The translations under genes were made by a program, and so were the position numbers. 64,000 bases of DNA from Chlorokybus atmophyticus (Eukaryota > Plantae > Mesostigma and Chlorokybus algae), in contig RHPI01001292.1 of the NCBI GenBank assembly GCA_009103225.1, positions 349,243 through 413,242 of the forward strand. The letters run 5' to 3'. The notes beneath the pieces are model-generated. The model saw only the letters and a program-made list of their open reading frames with translations, searched no databases and was not told where the DNA came from. Shown here in pieces: positions 1-12,800 of the stretch. Numbering within the stretch: the first letter of the stretch is position 1; the number at the start of each line of letters is the position of its first letter.

Positions 1-2030
1 TACAAGCCCTTTGAGGTAAACTGTGATGCATCTGTTGAAGGCACTGGTGCTGTGTTGCTCCAGAGTGGGCACCCCCTTGCTTATGCTAGCAAGAAGTTCT
101 CTCATACTGAGAGGAACTATACAACAGCTGAGCAAGAGTTGTTGGGGGTAGTCCATGCGCTACAAGAGTGGCGTTGCTATCTAGAGGGGGTGGAAGACGG
201 GTTTAGCGTGATCACGGACCGCAACCCCCTTGTTTTCTTTCAGACCCAACCAACCTTGTTGAGAAGACAAGCGAGGTGGGCTGAGTACTTGTCTAGATTC
301 AACTTTACCTGGGTTTACAGACCAGGGAGAGTGAATGTGGCAGACCCTTTGAGCCGTTTACCATTGCTGTTGGCAATGACAACACGTGCACGTGCACGAA
401 GCCAAGGGTGGGCACGAGCAAGTGATGCTACTGCCAATACTTTTGAGTTGCCATCTGTGCATGAGCAAGCTGTCAATGAGACACCAGTGGCAACAGAGAC
501 CAGCGAGATGCCAACTGAGCTCGAGAGAGCAGACAGTGAAGCACCGTTGGTAGTGCACGAGCCAAGTGGGGAGGACCCAATGGCCGTTGATGTGGAAGAC
601 ATCATACAGCATTTGCCTAGTGCTTATGCACTTGACACATGGTTTGTTGAGTTGCTAAAGCAGGCAGACGACAAGATCACTTCTCACAAGGGCCGCTGGT
701 ACCGTGAGGGCAAGTTGATAGTGCCAAATGCACTCGGCTTGAGGCATGAGTGTCTGTTTGAGGCACACAATTCCGTGTACAGTGGGCACATGGGAATGGC
801 AAAGACCATCAAGCAGCTGCAGAGACAGTATTGGTGGCCGAGCTTGGGTGCTGATGCATTTAAATATGTCGCGTGTTGTGACACTTGTCAAAGAGACAAG
901 GCCTCGCACAGGAAGCCAGCAGGGTTGCTGAAGCCCTTGGCTATTCCCATCTATCAATGGGAGAGTGTGAGCATGGATCTGATTACAGATCTACCTGTGA
1001 CAAAGAAGGGACACACTGCTGTCATTGTCTTTGTTGATCGCTTGACAAAGATGGTCAGATTTGAGCCCTGTCGCACAGACATTGATGCGCAAGAGTTTGC
1101 GTTTGTCTTTGTAAACTCGGTGTTTTGATCACACGGTGTACCCAAAGAGTTTATGTCTGACCGTGACCCCAAGTTTGTGAGCCAGTTCTGGCAGGCTGTG
1201 TGCCGGTACTTAGGGACTAAGCAAAGCTTGAGCACTGCTTAGTCCACCGTTTACAGAGTGACGGACAGACTGAGCGCGTCAATCAGGTGTTGGAAGATGT
1301 GCTACGCCACTACACGTCACCTAGGTTCGATGATTGGGATGTGTACCTGCCACTTGCTGAGTTCGCTGTGAACAATGCATGGCATGAGTCGCTATGAAGC
1401 ATTCCTTGCTATCTGAACTACGGTCGTCATGTGTTGACACCCATGTCTCTGAATGTCGAGCCATTCAGCAAAGTGCCGATGGCTAGACTTCACAGAGAGC
1501 ATGCACGCCTCGTTGGCACATGCAAAAGACTGCTTGAGAGCAGCACAAGACAGGCAAAAGATGTATGCCAACATGCAACGTAGGCCTGGAGATGAGCTCC
1601 AAGTTGGAGATCAAGTGTTGTTGAGCTTGAAGAACATTCGACTCAAAACAAGCGGGGTACGCAAGTTGCTACCAAGATGGCTGGGTCCATTCCGCATCAC
1701 CGACAGTGTTGGTGACCGTGCCTTTTGGCTTGACTTGCCGAAGAGCATGCGAGTACATGATGTGTTTCATGTAGCACTGCTGAAACAGTTCAAGAGTGAC
1801 GTTCCAGTGCAACCCCCTCCCCCTCCAGTTGAGGGCGATCACGAGTATGAGGTCGAGGCCATTGTTGGCAAACGGTTCAGAAAGTACAAGAAGAACTTTC
1901 GGATCCAATACTTGGTGAAGTGGCTTGGTTATGGCGAAGAGCATAACACTTAGGAGCCGAAAACCAACTTGGCAAACTGTGCTGCCTTGTTGAAGGAGTT
2001 TAAGAATGAGCTCAAATCCACAGGTGCCAC
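1..2030 (+). pseudogene. Degenerate Ty3/gypsy (chromovirus-type) pol: RNase H, integrase (zinc-binding and core) and chromodomain; truncated by the window start
   Basis: RNase H motifs CDAS...GAVLLQ...AYASKK...NYTTAEQELLGVVHAL. Integrase H..GH.G..KT...C..CQ, SMDLIT, VDRLTKM, SDRDPKF and DGQTERVNQVLE. Chromodomain EYEVEAIVGKR...QYLVKWLGY. Disrupted by TGA at 1126-1128, TAG near 1241, a further TGA and frameshifts, and TAG at 1951-1953. Confidence 0.95.
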
Positions 2031-2603
2031 TTGAGAGCGTGTGCTCAAAGCTACTAGTGCTCAGCCTGTAGAAGCATGTGCACATGCCCACAGCATTTTC
2101 ATGTGACATACCAACACCGCATGCACTGGTACACAGTATCAGATCTGTCTCTAGAGTTGGTTGTCACTCCCACGACTTGCACTACTTTTACCTGAAGCGC
2201 TGCCACTTAGTTTGGCCTGGCCAGCCCGGCTGCGGTTTGTGCGGGACTAGTGTCCCACCCTTTTGCAACGCGGTCGTTGCAATGCAAGTGGGGAGGAATG
2301 TCACGCCCACAGGGCAGGCAAAAGTCATTCTCTGTCCCTTACTTATGTGGTAAGTAAGATGAGACCAAGTGGGGACCCACACTACGCAAGCGTGTGTAGT
2401 GCTTGTGGGTGTGCTCTCATGTAGGTCTGCTCTAGAGCCTGAGCATGATGAACTACACAAGGCATGATGGCAAGCACAGGGCTGATCATAGCCGATGAGA
2501 CATCATGTGTGCATATGTCCGCATGCGTATGCATGTGTTTGCATATGTGTGCACATGTACGCATATGCGTGCATGAGAGGTATGTATTAGATGTATGCAT
2601 GTA

Positions 2604-3077
2604 CAGTCTACCCTCGTTATAAGAATCACGTTCATCTTTCAGCTTCTCATTCCACTAACGGGGTTATTCTCTTGGCGCTTATAAGATTATATATTCTTTT
2701 GTCATTTAAAGAATATATATTCTGTTGATGGGGTTATCGACCGATAACCTCAAGCCACGTCATCATTTGCTGGCGTGGCAAAACTTAGATTCATATTTCC
2801 TCTATAAAACATACAATATAATATATAAACTTAATGATTTGATTTAATTTTTATATAGTTATACTAATATCAACAAGACAATCATGCCATTAACAAGGTA
2901 TTCCCCCGTTACAAGACTGAGCCCACTTAAATTTCAAGCCTTCTCTTTAGTCTTATTACGTACAAGACTATTCCACTAACCGAAGATATTTGCCTGTAAA
3001 ACCATTGGTCTTTTTATAATCCACGATCTTAGCGGGGTTATTCCCTTTAAGCGAAGTCTTTTAACGGGGGTAGACTG
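2604..3077. mobile_element. Non-autonomous Tc1/mariner (pogo-like) MITE inserted in the LTR
   Basis: 474-bp AT-rich insert. Left end CAGTCTACCCTCGTTATAAGA versus reverse-complemented right end CAGTCTACCCCCGTTAAAAGA (21 bp, 2 mismatches). TA on both flanks (2602-2603, 3078-3079). Repeated internal TTCCACTAAC and GGGGTTAT motifs; no ORF. Confidence 0.85.
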
Positions 3078-3121
3078 TATATGCATGCATGCGCATAAGG
3101 ATGCATATGTATGCATGAGTA

Positions 3122-3242
3122 TGATGTCCTAGGCTGATGTGACCAGCCAAGGACATTCACAATGTCCAAGGATGATGTGTGTGATGTCCTTGGCTGATGT
3201 GACCAGCCTAGGGACGTTTACAATGTCCGAGGCTGATGTGTG
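3122..3242 (+). repeat. Imperfect tandem duplication of about 60 bp within the LTR
   Basis: TGATGTCCTAGGCTGATGTGACCAGCCAAGGACATTCACAATGTCCAAGG is followed by TGATGTCCTTGGCTGATGTGACCAGCCTAGGGACGTTTACAATGTCCGAGG. Confidence 0.8.
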
Positions 3243-6200
3243 ATTAGTCTTGGGCGTTGAAAGAGGTCCAAGGGCTGATGTGGCAGCCCTAGACATGAGT
3301 TGTGGTAAACGCAGCCATGACAAGGCATGTAGCCTTGGACTTGGATGTTCTAGGTCGGAGAGTAGCAAAGAGAGGGTATATGAACGACCTCAACATGTGT
3401 CGAGGCAGCTCAGCATGTGCATACTCGACTCTTGTGTGTGGGGTGCCTCGTTTAGTTGTTTAAGGGGCTCTCCCTCTCATCCCATGTGGGGTGTGATGTT
3501 CGTGGCAGCTTTGCACATGTGTGTGAGGTGTGCTTGAGTGTATGAGTGTGTGGGAGCTGAGTAGAGAGGTTGGTGTCATCCTCTCCTTCCTTGGTGCGGT
3601 GCTGTGACTTCATCTGCAAGGTACTGCACCAGTGACGCTGGTAGGGCTTCCAGTAGTAAGTCCTTGTGCTTGTGCATAACTTTGCCAAGCCGCCCAGCAA
3701 GTAAGTGAGTGATATGTTACAGCGAGGGAAAACAAGCGGGGCGGCCAAACTACTTTGGTAGTGATATTTACAAATCGGAATTGTGGTGGCATATCACAAT
3801 TCATCTTTTCACCATACCGTTTTTCAAGCCCCAATCTTCACTTTTGCCCCCTCTGCGACCTTAGACGTCCCTAAATTGGCTTTTTGTCTAGATGTGCTTC
3901 TTTCATCACACGATCAACTCCATCGTGCAATAACGCATCATATGTCTAGAATACCACCTTTTACCTCCATGTATCATAAGGCACTCACGATCAGAGTAAC
4001 AGTTTCAAGTGACATAATGGAGTGGTTTGTGTAGAATGTGACATAGTTCGTCATATGAAATCCACGTTAGTTTTTGTGTGAATCCAATGGTTTGGTGTGA
4101 ATCTATGTTTTTGTAGAACGTGTTACACCGATCATCGTTTTCAATAAGCGTGATGATCAAAGTTACTTGAGTGTTGGTAACACTCACAAATGATGTGATT
4201 GAGGGGTTAGCAGAAAACGTTTTGTACACGCTATGTTTATTTATGATATAGATATTGCATTGTACTGCTTCTTATAAACCTACACAAGCTCGTAGAAGAC
4301 AACACCATGCCCTTCTTTATGCAACTCGAGAGGGTTTTTGCGTAAACTAGTTAAATCGTGTCATAACAAAAACTTGTTTTACATACCACCATCCAGCTTT
4401 TCACCACACGGTTTTTAGAATTGTCATGTACACATTGCCCCCATATGTGCACATGTCCACGAAACTCCAATTAAAGTGCGGATATGTAAATGTCCCGACC
4501 GCCTTGTCTTCATGTGTCACGGTGGTGACCCTCGACACGCACTATCCCCTCGCCACCCTATAACGCACTGGTGTTGCCTAATTGACAGCCGGGCCGATCA
4601 ATTCGTGTCCAAATTATCGGCTCAAATGCTCTGCCAATCAGGACATGGTCCTTATGTTGGTGGGCCGCCTAACCGCCGACTGCCGCAGTCGGCTGGCGGC
4701 CAGCACTGGCCTCCAGCCGAGACACCGTCCCTATAGCGGCGGGCCGCGCTGACACTCCACTTAAGCAATGCCCGTTAGAAGCGTCGGCAATGAGTTGCAA
4801 GTAGACGGACTGGAGCAGAAGCGGCGGTGGCATAGCCCGAGACTGATCAGTTGGCCCACTTGGAGCCGCTGAGCGCCCGAGGCTCAATGAAGTAGAACCC
4901 CCGTAGTACAAGTAGTTCAGCAATAGATGTGTATGTGGTGTTAGGTGTACCAGCTGCTCCGACAGACAGTTGGTTATCCCCGGCTGCACAATGCTGCAGT
5001 GCTTGCTCGCACTTGCACACTTGGTGCTTATAGTATGTGATCTCGTCTTACTTCGCTACCCATCCCTGCACACCTACACCGCGTGACTGTGTGCATTCCC
5101 CAAGCATCCTTGTTTGAGAGCTTGTAAACTGATTACCACTTCTTACCAAGGTAAGGGGACTACATAGTTATATTTCCTCTCCACAGTCTCATGTACTCGT
5201 TATTGCATTACTACACGCATTGCAGCTTCGGTGCCCTTTTGCTTGGCCACTCGCAGGCTGCTCAATAGCACCACTCGTTTCTTAACACTTGTACACAGTT
5301 GTGTACGTACTCCCACTGCGAGACACACCCTGCAGTCGAGGCTTCCTTGCACGACATATGTGTTACTAATTTGCATGTTAGATTTGATCCATGCTGTGTT
5401 ATTGCTGTCATTGATGTGTTTGATAGCAACCTGACACCTTTACCCTCCAATCTGCCTTATACATGCTAATGCAATACATCATATGATGTGAAGTAAATAG
5501 AGCATTGCTTCATGGTGTTGGTTGCTGCTCGTTGCTTGCTTGTCCATTCATTGCTATACCTTATGCAAGTGAAAAATCTCGATACCACCTGCAGCAGGTG
5601 GTATCAAGGTGACCTGCTATTGCTTTTCGCTCTTTTGTTACACAGCAGTATGCATACCATGCTTGTAGGCTACCGTAGGACGCCCTACACACAGGCTTTG
5701 GCTGTGGGCCTAGCCTATGATATCACAGGTTGCTTAAGGAGTTGGACTTCATGAGGACGGCCCTTCGCGCGGTGAATACACACGGCTCGCCACTGCCACG
5801 TGTGTTTGCGTCAGCAGCGGTAGCAGCGTGGCCGGCGTGGGCGACGTCGCGATCGTCGGGGTCGTCGTTGGCGACAGTGGAGGAAGAGGATTGAGAAAAG
5901 CTTAGCAGCGTCCTTCTTGCCGTTGTCTCCGCCGGCTGCTTGATTGTTTACCCTCCTCATGCTGCGGTGAGACGACGTTGGCTGCTGAAGTTACCAAGCT
6001 GGACAGTAGCAGTCGTTGTTTGCCGGTGGGCGGACTGCTTTGATTTTTTGTGTGTATGCTGCGGCGGTGATTGTCGGCTGAAGGTGCTTTGTTGGCTGGG
6101 TTTTTCTCTGGGCCAGAATTGCTGTGAGTGTGGAGTTGCTCGCAAAGCTCACGCCGTTGCCGCTTCTTGTGCAAGGTGAAGGTATGCGTGTTAGGGTTTC

Positions 6201-6353
6201 GCTGCGTGGTTTCAAAACAGCCGCATTGAAGCCCGTCATTACTGTTCTTTACAGGTTGCTGTTGCCGTTGTTGTTGTTGCTCTTGTCGCTGTTGCTGTGA
6301 GCCGGGAAGCACCGTTGGCGAGACGAAAGGGACAAAACACAGGACGCAAGAAC

Positions 6354-8770
6354 ATGCTGGTGTGTAGCATATTGATTGCTTGATGGCGTGTGGGTGTGTG
6401 GCGACGACTGCTTCAAGTTCCTTTGCTCCCTCATCAACAACATCGCAATGCTGCACCAGTGGCAGCATGCGAGAGGGATTCCTTACCGGGGAACAGGTAT
6501 TGTGAGCGAACATGCAATCTGCGCATTTTTCTGCATTGTCATGCATTATCAGTGCTAACGAACAGTTATTATATTAACAGCAGCAGCAACTGATCTTTTA
6601 CCTGTTGGCAGGGGCAGCCAAGAGGTCGCTGTAGAGTGTGCCATTGCCACATTGCTCGGTTTAGCGGTTCCTCGCGCAGTGCGCATAGGGCTGGTGCTGT
6701 TGCGTGTGCGTGGCCTACCAACAAGAATGCAGACGATGTCGGCAAAAGCATTGCCAATGGCGCCAATGGCTCTGGGGATGTGGACACGTGGCGCCACAGC
6801 CACCCTGTCTACATGCAGGTGTGGACTTTTCCGCTTGTTGGTCCGAAGGCAATGCTGTACTTGGCGCGTAGGCCATGTGTGTGCGTAGCAATTCGGCCTC
6901 AACCATTTTCTCAACCATTTGCTTCAGTTGCACGCTGTAAGGGACTGCACCTGTGTGCTTATTGCCAGCAGTGCGCTTGCAAGAAGTACCTATATGGCAT
7001 GTACTTTACGCAGTATGTGCTTCTGTGTTTAGTGGCTGCCTGCTGACACTGATGTTTACTGTTGAAGTCCATAGAATGGCCTATGCCACGCACAGTAGCT
7101 AGATATGCAGTATACTAACAGGTTTCTTGCTGGAGGCTGAATGTCGGAGTTTATTTCGCTGGTTTTGTAATTGCTGCAGATGCTGCAATTAGTGCATTGC
7201 GTGAGCTTGCTTGCATATCTACTACTTTTCAAGGTGATGCGTGCGCAGGGAGACGCAGTGGGCTTTTGCAACCTGCTAGAGAAGCCGAAGGTGGCGGCAG
7301 CAGGGTCAGACCCCGTGTGGGAAGCTATCAGGGCGGAAGCGCATCGCGATGCGGACAAGGAGCCAATACTCTCCTCTTTCCTATATGCCAGCATCCTAGC
7401 GCATGACAATCTGGAAGCCTCCTTGGCGTTTGTGTTGGCCAACAGGCTTACGTCCCCCGTCCTCTTGCCCGCACAACTCATGGAAGCCTTCCAGGACGTG
7501 CTTGATGCGGACCCGGGGATCAGAGATGCCATACGCGCTGACATTCAGGTGTGGGGTGCAACCTGTTCACTGCAAGGCGTCGTTGTGACCTACTCAAAGG
7601 GTCCACTGTGCAGTCCTTTGGTAAACTCCTATATGCGTACAGGCTTTCTACGAGCGGGACCCAGCATGCACTGCCTATAGCCAAGCTCTGTTGTACTTTA
7701 AGGTAATGTGAAGCTCCTGTGTTGTATATGGCGTATGTTTTGGTCTACAGTAACAATTGTTTGGTTGTAAGTATTGTCAAACATCAATGGGTAAAAAATG
7801 GTTGTTCATACTGCGCATCAATGTGTGCAGGGGTTCCATGCCCTGCAAACATACCGCATTGCACACCACTTGTACAAACGAGGTCAGACGTTCCTGGCCG
7901 TCACTCTGCAAAGTCGTATGAGTGAGGCAAGTTTGCTGCTACTGAGCACCTGTTTGCTGAGACCCGGAAGTACTGACAAGTGCAATGCCTTAGTTAACGT
8001 CATCAGCCGACTGATGTGCGGGTTGCTTGCAGGTACTTGGCATTGACATCCACCCTGCAGCACAGATCGGTGAAGGAATACTCATTGATCATGGCATGGG
8101 AGTTGTGATTGGAGAAACAGCTGTTGTTGGCGACAATGTGTCTATACTGCAGGTAATGTTGCATTGAACGTGTTTGTATCAGGAGCCTTTTTCATCTGCA
8201 AACTGAGCTCACACTGGATGTGTTGTTGCTACTGCATGTTGCATGGAGTAGAGCACGAGACCCACAGTTGCTGTGATGTGTAGGGCGTGACACTCGGTGG
8301 AACAGGCAAAGACCGCGGCGACCGGCATCCAAAAATCAAGGCGGGTGTGCTCATTGGTGCAGGTGCCACTATTCTGGGTAACATAGTTGTGGGACAAGGC
8401 GCCATGGTGGCCGCCGGCTCGCTCGTGTTGAAGCCAGTGCCTCCGCACAGGTGCACCATGATACTGTCTCGCATGTTACCCAACAGTCCTCTTGGGGGCT
8501 TTGTTGTGAGCTGACGGCGTGTCCATGTGTGTGCACATGCGGTTGCAGCATTGTTGCTGGCATCCCTGCAACTGTGGTGGGTGATAAACTGCAGACAGTA
8601 CCTGCGCTGGACATGAAGCAAGGTGTGTTTCGGTGTTGCCGTGGTTTGTTCTTATGCGTTTGCACATATTTACATGTAACACTTGCTCACTACCAGATGT
8701 GAGGTTCAACTTCTGCAACTTCTGGGATGAAGAAGTCAAGAAGCAAGTGGAGAAGCAGGCGCAAGGATAA
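6354..8770 (+). CDS. SAT: Serine O-acetyltransferase (CysE/SERAT), spliced, probable organellar N-terminal extension; start uncertain
   Basis: Spliced exons give [11 protein letters not shown]...[15 protein letters not shown]...[14 protein letters not shown]...[17 protein letters not shown], hexapeptide [55 protein letters not shown], then VAGIPA. Stop TAA at 8768-8770. Confidence 0.95.
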
Positions 8771-9896
8771 GCACAGTACGCCGCACTCATGTAATTACAG
8801 CATAGCTCTTTGGTCTTCAAGTTCGTTTGGTTTGCACACATAAGGCTAGCTGCTTTGCGGTTGTCTCAGTTGTTTTAGATAGAGCCTCAGTACATATTCA
8901 CTGTAACTAAAAAGAGAAAACAATGTTCACATGGTGCTGTGGGCATGCTGTAGTTGCATGGCTTAAAACAAAACCTAAAGTATCGATGTTGTATGGTATC
9001 TACCCCCAAACAGCAGGCTGCGCCGCAAAGTATGCGCAGCCTGTCCCTTCACAGGACATGTGCAAGTGCATACATATCATCGCATCTTCTCTGCGCCGCG
9101 CCTCTCCTCTGCAGGTTGATGTAACTTCTACACCTCCCGCACCTTGCTGCTGCATGCTGCCTGAGGGTCTAGCTGGGAGTCTCAGTCCAAATCGCCAGCT
9201 GTCTAGTGTAAGTGGTAAAGTCTATGATTTGCCTTGGCCCCCATCTAATTGATTGCTATTGTATAAGAGGTAGTTTGCTAGATTAACAGCAGTGTATAAC
9301 ATAGCATGCAAGGATTGTGGCATGCATGAGAATGTAGCAAACATGCATGCAGTCCGCACACTACATCGCATGTGTTTGGCCGTCTGCTTGCATTCGCCAC
9401 AGTATGTTTGAGCGTGTCTCGCGCAGCTTTTTTGTGATATGTGCATGCTGCACATGACTTACAACATCAAACGCCAGCAACAGCAGCTTCATTACCATCT
9501 ACTGCACATTTGGTTTTGCATTGGCTGGTCGTGTAAAAGCAGACAACATGGAAAGGGCTACCAAGCTATACAAATGCTGCCACAAATGATGCGTATGTTG
9601 TTGCAAAGTCTTGATGCCAAGGATCGACCACTACCACTGCTTTCTGTACACTACAACAGTGCACACAAACAGTACTTGTAAGGCAAGTTGAGTGACCACC
9701 CCGCGTACCACAGTAACAGCATGCATAAAAGAGTCTTTGTACACCACATTGCATATTGGCATGGCAGCCACAACACCTGCCACAATGGCATCAACCAACA
9801 ACTGGCCGCATATATATACACTGCTCAATAACCGTGCAATAGAGGTCCAACTGGTAGTCTCAACTACCAATGGGCTGAACAAGACACCGGTGGAGC

Positions 9897-12800
9897 CTAA
9901 TTGAACAGATCTTCTCGGTCCGCCTCAAGATTATCGCCCTCTTCAATGGTGCTAAACTCCAAGAAGTGGGTGGGTCGATGGACCTCATCATAGTACTCGC
10001 GCGGGTTGCCCAGCCTCAAGTTGTACTTCATGCTGGATGAGTGCTTAACGCCCATAAAATTGTAGTTCCAGGAAGCCCCAGCTGGCACCATGTAGAAGCC
10101 GAGGAAGCGATCACTGAGCAGCATCTGCACCTTCTCATAGTGGGTTGGCAGGTAGCCTTGCGGGTTGTTGGGATCGCGATTGTTCTTGCCCCACTCGTAG
10201 CCGGTTGGCGTGAGCTTGTAGGCAGTCAGGCTGCAGGAGCCAGGAGTAAAGCTGCACGTGATGACCACGCACTTCTCGCCGTCCCACTGCTTGCTGCGCT
10301 CCAAGATGTGGGCGTGCTGCACAACATCCTGCGGGGCCATCTGTGGAAGCTCGTTGGGCTGTGTGTGCATCCAGCCAAGGGGCTCAAGGTCTTGCAGGTA
10401 GTCATGCTCTGGCAACTGGTTCGGCAAGTGGACCTGCTGATGAGTACCCCACTGAGGCACCATCACCACACACCTGATCTCCTTCACTTGCGGGTTGTCA
10501 GGAGGGCTGACACCATACAGATACCCAGCAACCTGTGTCCTGAGATCAGCGATGCAGATGAACTTTTTGAGCACGTTCTTGGGCAAGATGTAGGTGTAGC
10601 CAGTCTCCCTGATGTCCTCAGAATTCACGTAGATGTGGTTGACTCGCAGGTGCAGGTTGGCGGCCGAGATGGCACGCACGCGCCAGTCAGTCTTGGACCC
10701 AAACACGGCCTGCTCGTATGGACTGGTGGTGGTCACAATCAGCTCATCACCATGGACGTTCGTGGTCTTGGTTGTGACGGCAGTCAACTGCGTAGCATCC
10801 TTGGCCTGCTTCTCAATCTCCGCAATCTGCTGGCGCTGCTGGGACGGAGGCGTGATCTCTGCACCCAAGATGATGTCTCGGATCTCAGACGATGTGAGGG
10901 CAGACACGTTGACATTGTTTTTCTTGGCATAGTCAGCAAGAATCAGGTCCTTCAGCGCAATCTCAACCTTGATCCATTGCTGGTCAGTCAGAGTGGGCCA
11001 AATGTGATGCGGCTGCGTCACCACTGTCTTGTCTGGCTTGAGAATCATTTTGGCCTTCTCGTTATTGACGTGCAGAGCCCTAAGAATCAGGATGAGCCTG
11101 GAGAAGGCTGTGTATGAGGAGATGGTCTTCAGCCAGTCATCATAGATGTTGAACAGCACCATCTGCGGCTCCGTGGCCTTGAGGATGAGATCGCCAAACT
11201 TCTCAATCTTCAAGCATGCCTGGAAAGGCAGCTGCAGCTCAGAGCCCTTGATGACGATGTTGGGGAAATCGAGCAGATGCACCTCCAACGGATCAAGCAT
11301 GCCTTTGCGCGTGACAATGATCTGCTTGGGCTGTTCTTCCACTGGCAGCGAGCGAATGAGAGCGGCAACCTCCTCAGCAGTCTTCCACTTGGCTAGCTGA
11401 CCCAGACGCTTCTGGCCGGCCCACACGCTAGTATGAATGACCTTCAAAAACAGCTGTCCAGTGCGGGGGTTGAAGATGAAGATAGCGCCGTTGATTGGCT
11501 TGGTGGTCAGGTTACCCTCAAAGGTCTTGTGAATAGTCACGCGGTACACATTGGTGTCATCCACAAACCAAATGATCTGGTTGCTGAACAGCTCGCCATA
11601 GTTCTGCGCGCTTAGGTAGGGCTCTGTTGGCTCGGAGGAATACAGCTGCAGACCCTTGCGAATGCGCTCCCTGAGCACATACAGAGCTGGGTTGGCCTTC
11701 ATGATCTTTGCCATTGCCTGTGCGATCAAAGGCTTTGCTCCAGGGAACCAGTTGCCGAAGGCAGAGTGCAGATTGTATGCCAGATCAATGCCAATCATGC
11801 ACCCTGTTGGCGAGGGGTAGATGGACATGGTGTCGGTGGTGTAATCCAAGAACTTGGCGCGGGTGTAACGCTCAATGTCATGGGAGTCATAATCACCCCA
11901 CCTCAACTGCACATCCAGCCAGTACTTGTTGCTCGACTTCTGGTCAAACACATCCTTCTGATCAGCGACAAGGCTGGGCTTGCTGATGGGCCACTTGTAC
12001 GCTGCAAACAGCAGGATGTCTGCACAGGAGCTGTTCATCTTGTAGCTCTTCCTGGGATGGATGGTTTCCTTCTGCACAGTCTCAATCTCAAGGGCGTCCA
12101 GCTCCTGATCAAAAACCTGGCAGAGATCCATCACCACACTCTCGTGAATCTTCTGCCACAAGTGCGCACGGAAGATCTGGATGAGGGAGATCTTTAGGGT
12201 GGGAATCTTGCCGTGCATGAAAATGCCAGTAAGATCCAGCTGGACTTGGAAGCCGACATACACATTGGCACGGTTGATCGTGGGGGACCACCAGAGCGTG
12301 AAACGCCTGTTGGGGATCTGGTTGAGACCGGACCGCTGTGCATGGGTGAGCTTCTTGTACTTCATGGACTCCTCAAAGCCAGAGGCCTTCTCCCAGAAGA
12401 GACCCTCCCAGGTCGGGAAGTAGGTGCCCTTGAACAGAGTGTGCTCCAGAATACCCTCAACACCACCCAGAGCCTGGATGACATCCGTTCGGTAGTTGTT
12501 CAGGTTCCAGAGCTTTCCATCGTGACGCTGATGAGTCCACCAGAAGGGGTTCTGCTTAAGGACCTGGTACTGCTTGAAGTCTGTGCGAACGCGCCAGCCT
12601 TTGTCATAGGCCAGTGTGTGGCGATCCTTCTGGAACAGAGTGTTGATGCGAGGAATACCACGGTCCCAGGAATCCTCCAGATCCTCCAGTGTCAATCTGC
12701 GGTTCTGAGCAAGCGCCTCCTGCCGCTTCAGTGCATACTCAGCCCACACGCGCTGCGAGTCAATGAACTCACTCTCCCAAGGCTGGATGTAGCGGTACAG

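Larger units (their letters stand above)
2288..3721 (+). mobile_element. Polypurine tract (2288-2298) and probable 3' LTR (2299 to about 3721) of the gypsy element
   Basis: GTGGGGAGGAA is immediately followed by TGTCACG at 2299, the canonical PPT-then-TG arrangement downstream of pol. The proposed end TGTTACA at 3715-3721 is a guess because the 5' LTR is outside the window. Confidence 0.6.

Noticed and set aside
3722-4552. Second DNA transposon with GCGAGGG...CCCTCGC termini
   Set aside because: Only 7 bp of terminal match with patchy internal similarity and no target duplication.
12330-12430. PRP8 intein
   Set aside because: The usual insertion site reads continuously ([18 protein letters not shown]) and the protein length is normal.
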